The notes under the pieces are model-generated. The model made no database searches, was not told the DNA's origin, and saw only the letters and a list, made by a program, of their open reading frames with translations. Positions 52,244 to 64,000 of a DNA stretch of 64,000 nt are shown here, piece by piece; the stretch's first letter is position 1, and every line of letters begins with the position of its first letter. Position numbers and translations under genes: made by a program. The DNA is taken from the NCBI GenBank assembly GCA_951406725.2, contig OX597836.1, positions 9,176,001-9,240,000 on the forward strand. Direction: 5' to 3'. This DNA is from Octopus vulgaris (Eukaryota).

Positions 52244-52466
52244 ATGATTTTTGAACGACAAAACAGCATCAAAAGTGCTGAGAAGTTACTTTCAGCTCCG
52301 AGTGAAGACCAAGAAATCTTCCAAAGACAAACCAGCGATTATGAAAACAAATCCGAGAGATTCCATTTAAAGGAATTTCAATACATCCGTCAGTTTGCCC
52401 ATATTTATTCTTCGCGTCTTCTGGAGATGAGACCGGGATTAGAACGTGCAGCGAAAGAAAAGTGGG
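52244..52466 (+). CDS. POLD2: DNA polymerase delta subunit 2, coding exon 1
   Basis: MIFERQ...YENKSERFHLKEFQYIRQFAHIYSSRLLEMRPGLERAAKEKW-G|gtgagt, matching POLD2 RQYAHIYxxRLxxMRP. Confidence 0.95.
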
Positions 52467-53496
52467 GTGAGTGTAACCGTTTTATGTAAGACTAAGAGAA
52501 ACCTATGTCGTTTGTGTGAGGGTGTAATGTGTACAGAGGAACTTGTTGAAGTGGGTTCGCTTGACGAGAGAGAGATTACGAAGCTAAGTTTGCGTGGAGC
52601 CGAACCAAGCTGGTATTTAATAATTTATGTCGAGTTATATATAAAAACAAGGTACTGTTTAAGAACAGTGGTCCCGGTGCGCGTACTCGCGCAAGCTAGT
52701 CGTTACTAGTCGATCCTACAACTACCTAGCAAAGTAAATAAAACAAAAAAATAAATAATTTTTTTACATAAAGTAAATATTTTTAAAACAAAGTAAGTAA
52801 TTTTTTTTAAACAAAGTGGCTGTGTGGTAAGTAGTTTGCTTACCAACCACATGGTTCCGGGTTCAGTCCCACTGTGTGGCACCTTCGGCAACTGTCTTCT
52901 ACCATAGCCTTGGGCCGACCAAAGTTTTGTGTATGGATTTGGTAGATGGGAACTGAAAGAAGCCCGTCGTATATACGTATATGTGTGTGTCTGTGTTTGT
53001 CCCCCTAGCATTGCTTGACAACCGATGCTGGTGTATTTACGTCTCCGTAACTTAGCGGTTCGGCAAAAGAGAACGATAGAATAAATACTGGGCTTACAAA
53101 GAATAAGTCCTGGAGGTCAATTTGCTCGACTAAAGGCGGTGCTCCAGCATGGCCGCAGTCATGACTGAAACAAGTAAAAGAGTAAAGTAAATAAAACACA
53201 AAAACAGAGTAAGGATCGACTAGCCAGCGCGAGTGCGCGCACCGGGACCATAGGCGATCAATCGCCTTTGGAGATTTGACTGTCGAAGGACTGCCAGCCG
53301 AAACGTTAAAAGTTATCGACCTTTTCCCAGTGAAAAATTTGATAAACACGTTTTCTAATCAAAAGTACTGCGTAGTTATGGTAACGTAATTTCTTCAGTT
53401 TCACTATTATTACCGCCTTTGGTCTCAGAACTGCCAAATGTTCGTTTGCTTCCGTGAAAAATTTCTCTCCTTTTACTTTTGGTTCCATGAGATAAC

Positions 53497-53850
53497 GTGT
53501 GTATTTATGTCGACTTATGAGAGCTCAAAATCTCTTGTGGAAACGCCATCCAACCAAAATGCAAATATATGGGAAACTACCACCTGTATCATCTCTTGTG
53601 AAAGGTAGGAGAGTCCAGTTTGCTGGACATTGTTGTAGAGCTGAAAAAGAAGTAATTTCTACTCTTCTCCTCTGGAAGCCATCTACTCGCAGTACCAGAG
53701 GGCGCACACTCTCCTACTCTGATGTAATCTCCAGGGATACAGGCATCCAGCAACAGGACCTCCGTAATGCCATGATGGACCGTGAAGTCTGGCGTAGCAT
53801 GGTAAATTCCATTGTCTCGACCACGGTCGAACAATGATGATGATGATGAT
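53497..53850 (+). mobile_element. RTE LINE 3' end with (GAT)n tail
   Basis: LMRAQNLLWKRHPTK...QFAGHCCRAEKEVISTLLLWKP...DREVWRSMV. Confidence 0.8.
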
Positions 53851-54344
53851 TTTATGTATGTACCTGTGTATGAAAGACTAGCAAAGGCCCTGCCGTGCAT
53901 TGGACGGTTTGTTTCGGTGAAGAGGGTTCACTTGAAGTTGTGCAGATGTTTGGTGATTATGTGGGGTTGTTTTTTTTTGGTTAGGGTGAATGCGATCTTT
54001 TGATGAAAGAAACATTTGTGGGTAAACTTAGCCCCCCACCCCACCCAATTTCTCCTAAATTTGTTTATTTTTGTAATTTTTTTTTTACCAAAAATCCGTT
54101 TTCGGATGCGGAGGTTCCAGAAAATTGCCCCAAAATCGGCATTGTGAAAGTTTCATTCCCTGGTAAAACTAAAATTGTTCAGGCAGAGTTGCCTCCCTTA
54201 GCTAAAGATCTCAAAATTGTGCAACACAGCCTTGTTTTTGAGGTTATTTTTGTAGTAAAAAAAAGAGTGGTCGATTCATTTGGCTAAAAAATTTCAAGGT
54301 GGTGCCACAGTCTCTTTAAAAAAGGTTAATAAACATAATGACCG

Positions 54345-54739
54345 CTAGCTGGCCCCGTGCTGTCAAAAATGACGGCTAATTGTAGCATTTTATGCATAAA
54401 TAAGGTACATAATAATCACAGATACAAACATTCACATATTTCCCTTGTACACACTTATACACACACACATATACTCACACAGAGTTGAAACGCTGTTTGC
54501 TTTTTCTTTTCAGCGTAGAATGTTCACCACCCACCTCCATTGCACACACACACACACACAAACATTCACATACCTCCCTTTTACATACACACACATATAC
54601 GCACGCAGAGTTTAAACGCTGTTTGATTTTTTTTTCACCATAGAACTTCCATCACCCCACTACCAAGTTTGCCATCACCCCTTCCTTTCTCATTTGTATG
54701 TTGTGACGGAGAAAAACACAAGAGTTTTATTATAGTAGA
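54345..54739 (-). mobile_element. Non-autonomous Helitron next to the POLD2 exon 2 acceptor
   Basis: Minus strand A|TCTACTATAATAAAAC start; end CCGTCATTTTTGACAGCACGGGGCCAGCTAG. The same 3' end occurs at ~43190-43228(+). Confidence 0.7.
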
Positions 54740-54758
54740 TTCTATTTATTTTTTTCAG

Positions 54759-54880
54759 GTAAAGATGTGAAAATAAACAAACTATATGAACTGGAAGCTG
54801 ACAAGAAATGTGTCATCATTGGAACTCTGTTTAAGTTTATGCAGCTTCAGCCAAGCATCGTGAAAGAAATTAGCGAAGAA
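54759..54880 (+). CDS. POLD2: POLD2 coding exon 2
   Basis: tttcag|KDVKINKLYELEADKKCVIIGTLFKFMQLQPSIVKEISEE|gtgagt. Confidence 0.95.
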
Positions 54881-55848
54881 GTGAGTGCCTTTCAATGATT
54901 CCCATTTATCTACTCTCTCTCTCTTTTTACTTGTTTCAGTCATTTGACTGTGGCCATGCTGGAGCACCACCTTTAGTCAAGCAAATCGACCCCCAACACT
55001 TATTCTTTGTAAGCCTAGTATTTATTCTATCGGTCTCTTTTGTCGAACTGCTAAGTTACGGGGACTTAAACACACCAGCATCGGTTGTCAAGCGATGTTG
55101 GGAGGACAAACATATACACACACACACACACACACATATATATATCAAACCCACTCACAAGGTTTTGGTCAGCCCAGCGCTATAGTAGGAGACACTTGTC
55201 CAAGGTGCCACACATCAGGACTGAACCCAGAATCATACGGTTGGGAAGCAATCTTCTTAGCACATAACCATGCCTGCACCCATTTCCTGAGTTCAATTCC
55301 TAGCACCATGTTGTGTCCTTGAGCCATAGGCGTAGGAGTGGCTATGTGGTAAGTAGCTTGCTTACCAACCACATGGTTCCAGGTTCAGTCCCACTGCGTG
55401 GCACCTTGGGCAAGTATCTTCTACTATAGCATCAGGCTGACCAAAGCCTTGTTAGTGGATTTGGTAGATGGAAACTGAAAGAAGCCCGTCATGTATATAT
55501 ATATGTGTGTGGGCGTGTATGTTTGTGTATCTGTGTTTGTCCCCCCAACATCGCTTGGCAACTGATGCTGGTGTGTTTATGTCTCCGTAACTTACCAGTT
55601 CAGCAAAAGAGACTGATAGAATAAGTACTAGGCTTAAAAATAATAAGTCCTGGGGTCGATTTTCTCGACTAAAGGCAGTGCTCCAGCATGGCCACAGTCA
55701 AATGACTGAAACAAGTAAAAGAGTATAAGTTAACAACAGAACACAACACGAATACCACAACAACCCATTTTCTATCTATTTATCTTCCTTATCCTTCCCT
55801 GACTTCTACAAATAGTCAACATGAAACTGCCCCTTCTATGTTTTCCAG

Positions 55849-55972
55849 CACAACCTGTTACCTCAGCCCCTTCAGTCGAATTATACCTCAGACTCAGACC
55901 AGTTGATATTAGAAGACGAACTCCAAAGAATCAGTCTGGTTGGGAAACTTGATGTCCACAAATGTTGTACAG
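55849..55972 (+). CDS. POLD2: POLD2 coding exon 3
   Basis: ttccag|HNLLPQPLQSNYTSDSDQLILEDELQRISLVGKLDVHKCCTG|gtaaat. Confidence 0.95.
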
Positions 55973-57525
55973 GTAAATATTCTTTATCTCATCCTCATCA
56001 AACTTCCGTTTCCTTCTCTTTTCTCTGCTTCTTTACCCCTTCTGTCTTCCTGATCATCACTAAATTCTCAAGGCCCTGTCTCTTTATCACTTGATAAGAA
56101 ATCAAAATCTCAGTTGCTTGGCCCTTATCATCTCTAATCTTCCTTTAGGTGCCATGTCCACAGATTAGAATGTAGGCAACCATGTCCTGCCACAATTTTC
56201 TGTTCTTCATTCTCTATAACAGTTACACCTCCTGATGTTTAATGCTTCTTCCTTCCAACCAGTTCAAGCTTGACATCCGTATCATCCTTCTTCATCTTCT
56301 TCTTTCCCCTTTAATCTTTCTGGCCATTGCTAAATCCTCCAGGTCCTCATTCCATGACCAAGTAATCTCAGTTCCTTGGCCCTTAATTCACAAAGCAGCT
56401 TCCTAATTACTGCAGCCCAAGTCGTCACTTCTTCATTAGACACTTTGTTTGTGCCATCCTCAATATTCTCCTTAAGAACCATATTTCACAAGATCCAAGC
56501 ACCTTCTCATTTCTGATATTACAGACCCTGCCTCATTTCCATATGGATAGTCGCAAAGTCATCTATCATAATTCTGTGAGCTGGCCGTTGCCAACTCCAC
56601 CTCGACTGGCTCCAGTGCCGGTGGCACATAAAAAAAAAGCACCATCCGTTCGTGGCCGTTGCCAGCGCCACCTTGGCTGGCTTCCGTGCCAGTGGCCGAT
56701 GCCAGACCCCCCCTGACACCTGTGCAGGTGGCATGTAAAAAGCACCCACTACACTCGCGGAGTGGTTGGCGTTAGGAAGGGCATCCAGCTGTAGAAACTC
56801 TGCCAGATCAAACTGGAGCCTGGTGCAGCCCCTGGCTTCCCAGACCCCGGTCAAACCATCCAACCCGTGCTAGCACGGAAAACGGACGTTAAACGATGAT
56901 GATGATGATGATGATGTTATGAGTACAAATAGCAAAAACTTTCCTTGTACTCCTTTCACCATGCTCCTGCGACCTATTCGTGCATCTCTGCCGCATGTAG
57001 CAGCAAAGATGACACTCCCAAATCATATTTCGATTAAAACTTTAACCAAACATACAAGGAATAAGTGGAAGGAGGACTCGAATTAAGCTGAGGGAGTCTC
57101 TATGCGGTCACTCAACCTGCTAGAAGTAGCAGCTAAATATCTCTGAAATCACATCTTACCAACTTGGCGGGGGGAAAAAAACAAAGACCAAATCTATTAA
57201 TGTAAACCTAAATATGCCTAAAAAGATGTGGTGGTCACAACTGGAATGCTTTTGATAGTAATCCTGCAGGATAAGGTTTGGCCTGGAGGGAGTTTAAATA
57301 ATGTCAGCAAGAATTAAATTTTAGCGAAATATTTAATAACCTTAATCGGGACCGTCACATTCAGTTGACAGTAAACAACTGCTCTATTGTACCACCACTG
57401 CTTATATCTCTCTCAGATATTTAGAAATGTAATATTTCTATTTTTGTGATCAGTGGATTTATTTCACTGGAATTATTATGTTTACAAGAGCTAGACAAGC
57501 ATCTGTAGCTAGCAGGCCATGCTAC

Positions 57526-57568
57526 TCCAGACTGATGACGAGCAAATACTCAGAAACTAGTCTCTGGA
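57526..57568 (+). ncRNA. Intact minimal type-I hammerhead ribozyme (GUC site) in a ~350 bp directly repeated unit
   Basis: TCCAGA-CTGATGA-c-GAG-caaata-CTC-a-GAAA-CTAG-T-C-TCTGGA. Flanking ~45 bp direct repeats at 57340-57387 and 57690-57736. Confidence 0.85.
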
Positions 57569-57749
57569 TGCAGGCTTAGCTGGATGGGGGTGCTTGTCTC
57601 CCTTTTGTAAACATAAGGACACAGGAAATGTGTCAAGGCCGACAGGAAGCGTTGATGCTTCCTAGGGTTAAATAGCGGTGGTGTGATTCCCTTTATGGGA
57701 CTGTCACGTTAAGTTGACAGTATACAACTACTCTATATTTATATTGTAA

Positions 57750-58045
57750 CTAGCAGTATTGCCCAGCGTTGCTCGGGTTTGTAAGGGAAATAACTATATA
57801 AGCATTTTTATAGAGTTACTTCCCTTATATAACCCGAGCAAAAATCATTAAAAATGCAGGAAAATTATGGTAAATTTTTTTTTAAATCGTAGACGTGCAC
57901 TAATACCCTGAAGGGCTTGATATGAATGACGACTATAAGATATCTGCTTTTGGTTAAACTGCACCGCAAAATGTGGGAGTAGTTAGGAATCTAAATCGGA
58001 GGAGACAGAGTCTCACACACACAACTTCAATTTTATATATAAAGA
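57750..58045 (-). mobile_element. Non-autonomous Helitron
   Basis: Same termini as 50126-50425. Confidence 0.8.
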
Positions 58046-58772
58046 TTTACATATTTCAATTAAGAGATACATTAATGTATAGAACTGGCTGAACTGTTAC
58101 CGTGCCAGAGAAAATGCTTAGCATTTCTTCAGCTTCACATTCTGACTTCAGATGCCACTGGGGTCGGCTTCATCTTTCGTCCTTTTGTGGGTCAATAAAA
58201 TAAGTACCAGTTATGCACTGGGGTTAATATAACTGACTTAGATCCTCACCGAAATTGTTGGCCATGTGCCGAAATTTGTTACCAATTTAGAGAGACACTA
58301 GTGTTGGTTGGCCAGGTAAATACTATTTAGATTTGATCTTTTATCTTGTTTCAGTCATTACACTACGGCCATGCTGGGGCACCGCCTTGAAGAATTTTAC
58401 CCCTGTACCCCTCCTGTACTTATTGCTTTTAAATACAATATTCTATATTGTATTGGTCTTCTTTTTTTTTTTGCCAAACTGCTTAGTTACAGGGATGTAA
58501 ACACACCAACACCCGTTGTCAAGCAGGGGACAAACACAGACACAAAGACACACACACATCATACGATAGGCTTCTTTCAGTTTCCTTCTACCAAATCCAT
58601 TTGCAAAGCTTTGGCCGGCCCGAGGCTATAGTAGAAGACACTTGCTCAAGGTGCCACACAGTGGGACTGAACCCAGAACCATGCTGTTGAGAAGCAAAAC
58701 TTCTTAATCACACAGCCACGCCTGCACCTATTTAAAAAATAATTGAATTAATCACTGCTGAAAACTAATTAA

Positions 58773-58994
58773 CCCTTTTGTTACCAAACCGGCTGAAACT
58801 GGCTCTGGCTCTGAGTATAAATGTCTTGTTTTCATAAGTTTTGAATTAAAATCTTCCACCAAACTTTTAGTCACAATTTATGTTCCTAACACTGGCTGAA
58901 TGATAACGAAGTTATTTTACTAAATTATTTGTTATATTTAAAATTAATTGAAAGAAACACAGAGCGTCTCAACAGAAATACAGTAACGAAAGGG
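58773..58994. mobile_element. piggyBac-like MITE
   Basis: TTAA|CCCTTTTGTTAC...GTAACGAAAGGG|TTAA. Relatives at ~500-715, ~31470-32630, ~41177-41404. Confidence 0.75.
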
Positions 58995-59144
58995 TTAAAT
59001 GAATCTAAATGTAACCCTGTATATGTGATGAAAGTGGTCAGTATGAAACTAGAAACTACTGTTTTACTTTAAATTCACTGTCTCCCAACCAAATCTCTTT
59101 CCAGTGTCAATGTAACTAAGAGATATTTTCTATTTATTCGTCAG

Positions 59145-59265
59145 GTTTTGTAATTGCTGTGTTTGGCCATGAACCAGAAGATTCTCGTGGAAAATTTCAA
59201 GTTGAAGATTTCTGTGTTCAAAACCTTCCATTGCAACTCCAGCGTCCAGTCATCGAACACGACAG
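59145..59265 (+). CDS. POLD2: POLD2 coding exon 4
   Basis: gtcag|FVIAVFGHEPEDSRGKFQVEDFCVQNLPLQLQRPVIEHD-R|gttagt. Confidence 0.95.
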
Positions 59266-59572
59266 GTTAGTAGTATATATATATATATATATATAGGGGG
59301 AGAATTCACAAGAAAACAAAAGACGAAGACAGGTGGTGTAGACAACAAACAGATGTATTAGTATAATGCTAGGGAAGTGAAAAAGTCTTTAACATTTCGA
59401 GCCTACGCTCTTCTAGAAAGGAACACAGAAAGAAACAAGGGGAGAAAATAAAGAATGTGTAGTGGTTAGCGATATATATATATAATTATATGTATCTATA
59501 TGCATATAATTATATACATCTATATATATACACACATAGATATACATATATATATATATATAAATATATATA

Positions 59573-59848
59573 CCGGAGTAAACACATAAATGCGAAACAA
59601 GGTGGAAAAAAGAGTACTCAAATACCAGTGGTAGAGTAATATGCTTTATTTTAAGCACTGTTACTTTTTGCCGTTCATCAGACAGTTTTTGCTAGAATGG
59701 AACATATATAGAATGGAACATATATATTAATTCAATCTATAGATTGAATTAATATATATGTTCCATTCTAGCAAAAACTGTCTGATGAACGGCAACGAGA
59801 AACTCAGAGTAACAGATTTTGTTGAATTTTCTGCTGCTTAAAATAAAG

Positions 59849-59852
<4 letters not shown>
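59573..59852 (-). mobile_element. Palindromic Penelope-like insertion in (TA)n with hammerhead (59774-59820, + strand)
   Basis: Arms 59641-59739 / 59740-59852 centred on TCTATAGA; tail 59573-59640. CTGT-CTGATGA-aCG-gcaa-CGa-GAAA-CTC-a-GAG-T-A-ACAG. Confidence 0.75.
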
Positions 59853-59908
<56 letters not shown>

Positions 59909-61164
59909 TACACACACTCATAGATTGTTTGTTGTTAACACAACATTTCGGCTGATATACCCTCAAGAGGAGGACAAATATCCGTCAAGTGTAAATAATG
60001 TAAACAATTGCTCATCTCTTAAAAATAGAACTGCAAGGATAACATTTCATGTTGACATCAACAATCATTCAAATCATTTTCAATTCTGTCAGTGCACAAG
60101 CAGCCCTCAAAAAACTATCTGTGGCCTGCAATGTAATTCAAGTTGGCCAGGCCTGCTCTACACAGTTGCTCGACCTGCTAGAAATAGCAGCACATTATTT
60201 GTCTTTTTCATTAACCATTTTTGGTTTTATCATGTATATTATAATTACTACTATAGGTAAAATATTTAGCATGTTAATTATGTTCCCACACTGTCGTCCC
60301 CTTTGACATGCCCAGTGTTCCTTAGGAGCGGTACCACCCATGTTGAGAATCTCTGCTTTGAAGCAAGAAGTTTGTAATATGCGAACAGGCATCAGATGAT
60401 GATTATGTGTGTGTGTAGGCGGCAAGCTGGTAGAAACGTTAGCACGTCGGACGAAATTCTTAGCGGTATTTCGTCTGCCGGTACGTTCTGAGTTCAAATT
60501 CCACCGAGGTCAACTTTGCCTTTCATCCTTTCGGGGTCGATAAATGAAGTACCAGTTACGCACTGGAGTTAATATAATCGACTTGATCCATTTGTCTGTC
60601 CTTGTTTGTCCTCTCTGTGTTTAGTTCCTTGTGGGTAATAAAGAAATAGGTATTTCATCTGTCTTTATGTTCTGAGTTCAAATTCAGCTGAGGTCGACTT
60701 TGCCTTTCGTCCTTTCGGGGTTGCGTACTGGGATTGATCTAATTGACTGGCACCCCACCCCCCAAAAAATATTTCAGGCCTTGTGCCTAGAGTAGAAAAG
60801 ATTGTGTGTGTGTGTGTGTGTGTAATATGAAATATATGTAGATGAATATCACCCACCCATACCTCCTGCTAACCACTCAACCATGAAGTGGGGGTGGAGC
60901 TTGTCTTTTATTTCTCTCTCTCTCTTTTTTTTTTTCATTTTTTTTTATTTATTTAGGCAAGCTGGGTACAGTGCTCTGTTATCAGGGAGTGCAGTACGAC
61001 AATAGTTGCGCAGTGTGACCTATAAACTATGTGCTCCATTGGGGGCGTCTGACATCCTGACCTACTAACACCATTATTGCAAATTCAGATCTTATTACTG
61101 TCAATGGATTTGTAACGCCTGAACAAGAAGTAATTGCTACAAATCATAGAAGCCCATTGGTTCA

Positions 61165-61211
<47 letters not shown>

Positions 61212-61441
61212 GTGTGTATATACTCTTTTACTCTCTTTACTCTTTTACTTGTTTCGGTCATTTTGACTGCGGCCATGCTGGAGCACCGCCTTTAGTCGAG
61301 CAAGTCGACCCCGGGACTTATTCTTTGTAAGCCCAGTACTTATTCTATCGGTCTCTTTTGCCGAACCGCTAAGTGACAGGGACGTAAACACACCAGCATC
61401 GGTTGTCAAGCAATGCTAGGGGGACAAACACAGATACACTA

Positions 61442-61480
<39 letters not shown>

Positions 61481-63356
61481 CGACAGGCTTCTTTCAGTTT
61501 CCGTCTACCAAATCCACTCACAAGGCTTTGGTCGGCCCAAGGCTATAGTAGAAGACACTTGCCCAAGGTGCCATGCAGTGGGACTGAACCTGGAACCATG
61601 TGGTTGGTTAGCAAGCTACTTACCACACAGCCACTCCTGCGCCTTCTTTCAGTTTCTGGCTACTATATCTATTCACAGGGCTTTAGTTAGCCCAGGCCTA
61701 TAATTAAAGACTCTTGTCTTAAGTACTGCAGTGGATGTGTGTGGCTTAGTGTGTTAGGTTATTTGTCTCACAGTCATAAGGTCATGGTTTCAATTCTTGG
61801 TGGCACATTGTGTCTCTTGAGTGAGACCCTTTATTCCACATTGCTCCTCTCCACTCACCTGGCAATAACGAGTTGTACCTGTAAATCAAAGGGCCTATCT
61901 CATCTCATTACGTAATCTGCTTAAGAACAATGTTAAGGGTACGCATGTCTGTGTTGTGCTCAGTCACTTGAATGTTAATTTCACGAGCAGGTTGTTCTGT
62001 TGATTGGATCAACCAAAACTTCCATCGTCGTAATTGATGGAGAGCCAGAACCTTGACCCCCATGGCCATGCACAAAAATGGATCTCTGAAACGCCAAAAA
62101 TGTGAATCCGGATGCTGAATTAACATTTCTTCTCCCCTCTTATTTCTTCATTGCCCACAAGGGGATAAACAAGGACAGACAAGGGGATTAAGTTGATTAC
62201 ATTGATCCCAGTGCGTAACTGGTACTTAATTTATCGACCCTGAAAGGATGAAAGGCAAAGTCGACCTCGGCGGAATTTGAACTCAGAATGTAGCGACAGA
62301 CAAAATTCCGCTAAGCATTTCGCCAGGTGTGCTAACGATTCTGCCAGCTCACTGCCTTTTCTCCCCTCTTAGTGAATCAACAGCCCCTTGCCTCATCAGC
62401 TGATGTTGAACCATCAAACCCATGGGGGGGGAAATGGATGTTAAATTATGATGATGGTAATTTCTTTACTAAAAAAACTTTTCATTAAGGAATAGAAATT
62501 ACTTTAAGAATTTGTCCAGTTCTTGATTTACACTCTGTAAAGTGGTTGGCTTTAGGAAAGGCATCCAGCTGTAGAAACCATACCAAAGCAGACCTCGCTG
62601 GTGCTGGTACCGTGCACAGAGCACCCAGTCCACTCTGTAAAGTGGTTGGCTTTAGGAAGGGCATCCAGGTGTATAAACCATGCCAAAGTAAACAGTGGAG
62701 CTTGACTCAGTCCTCCAGTTTACCCTTCTCCTGTCCAACTGTCCAACCCATGCCAGCATGGAAAACAGATATTAAATGATGATGGTGATATTGATTTTCG
62801 GATGTTCAATATGCCCATAATAAATACACACACTGGTTCTATTTCCTTTTTTTATTTCAATTTGTCATTTTGTTAACAATTTAACCAATCAATTAATTGA
62901 TTGTTTGATTGATCGCTTGGTTATGCAATGAATCAGCTGTGTTTGTCAGGGCCCTTTCATTGCCATTTGTGATCTCGTGTATAATATACCCTCTCTACTC
63001 CAGGTCTTTGAGATGAGGCCACAAATAGCTATGAAAGGAGTTTAACAAACTTAGCTGCTTTATTGACAGACAGAATAATCAGTCAAGCAAGCGATTGGTT
63101 AAATGATTAACCACTTGACTAATAAAAATAAAGAAGTGAAATAAAACCAGTGTGTGTGTGTTATTGGTATAATGACCCTCCCAAGATAGAACAAAATCAT
63201 GTTTTAACACAGATGTTTACTTCAAGAATCTTGTAACCAAATACATAAGAACAAAGATTTAAAAGCTATTCATTAATTATGTAAATACATCTTTCCCAGT
63301 TGGTGTTCAGTCAAGATATTTTAACATATGCAATGAACTTTGAATTTATCTGGCAG

Positions 63357-63552
63357 ATACGTGGCTATTTTGTCTGGTTTGGAAATTGGCAGCAAGGAAG
63401 AGAAACAGTTTGAAATGCAGATGGCATTGGATCTAATAACAGGGAAGTTGGGCAGTATATACCAACAGGAAGATAGTTCACAGATTGTACGTGTGATTGT
63501 GGCAGGTAATTCTCTCAGCAAGGACACTCAAGATAAGGATTCAATCAGCAAA
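63357..63552 (+). CDS. POLD2: POLD2 coding exon 5 (gene continues beyond window)
   Basis: ggcag|YVAILSGLEIGS...ALDLITGKLG...IVRVIVAGNSLSKDTQDKDSISK|gtaagt. Confidence 0.95.
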
Positions 63553-63568
63553 GTAAGTGTTAAATATA

Positions 63569-63963
63569 CTAGCAGTATCGCCCAGCGTTGCTCGGTTTTG
63601 TTTCGACCCTTTAGAATTGGAATTTTTGAAAAGTAAAAATTTTGCATTATGTAGCTTGTTATTCTCTTTAAGTGAACATTTTCCTGATTGAAATACACCG
63701 AAAAATGGCGACACAGCAGTCAAAAAAATATCGTAAAAAATGGGGATTTTCATAGAAAAAAAGCACCTTTTTGATGTAAATAATTTTTGGTGTTAACATG
63801 GTCCGATTTGAATTTTTTCTTCTATAGAATGAAGAGCAAGCCTTCTTCTATCATACTTTCAATTTTGGTCAACTTGCACCGCAGGGTCTCGGAGGAGATA
63901 GTGTTAGTTGAAGGCTACCAAACCTGCCATGTACAGACAACTTCAGCTTTATATATAGAGAGA
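63569..63963 (-). mobile_element. Non-autonomous Helitron
   Basis: Plus strand A|CTAGCAGTATCGCCCAGCGTTGCTCGG ... TTTATATATAGAGAGA|T. Confidence 0.8.
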
Positions 63964-64000
63964 TTTTACTTTCTGGTTAACAAAAATTAAACTTCAATGA

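Overview
AT-rich, microsatellite- and SINE-dense animal genomic DNA. The SINE repertoire and repeat landscape strongly suggest a coleoid cephalopod, probably Octopus (inference). Two spliced genes lie on the + strand. The first is a complete 6-exon gene (12273-44627, ~370 aa) encoding signal peptide + one NIDO domain + transmembrane helix + Pro-rich tail. The second is the first five coding exons of POLD2 (52244-63552, continuing past the window), with ETS and E2F motifs upstream. An isolated inverted copy of a late POLD2 exon, with intact splice sites, sits ~5 kb upstream of POLD2. The rest is TE debris: tRNA-derived SINEs, RTE/CR1/Tx1/R4-Dong LINE 3' ends, a deleted mariner, hAT/piggyBac/Merlin-like MITEs and non-autonomous Helitrons. 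The most unusual signal is a set of about a dozen minimal type-I hammerhead ribozyme (HHR) motifs, some intact and some decayed. They sit in short Penelope-like (pLTR/retrozyme-like) elements, many inserted in (TA)n tracts and several folded back as large palindromes with an unpaired tail. Across families the 3:8 core pair appears as C3:G8, G3:C8 and U3:A8, and an A6U core recurs. Several lie sense within introns of both genes. All identifications are by eye; no searches were run.
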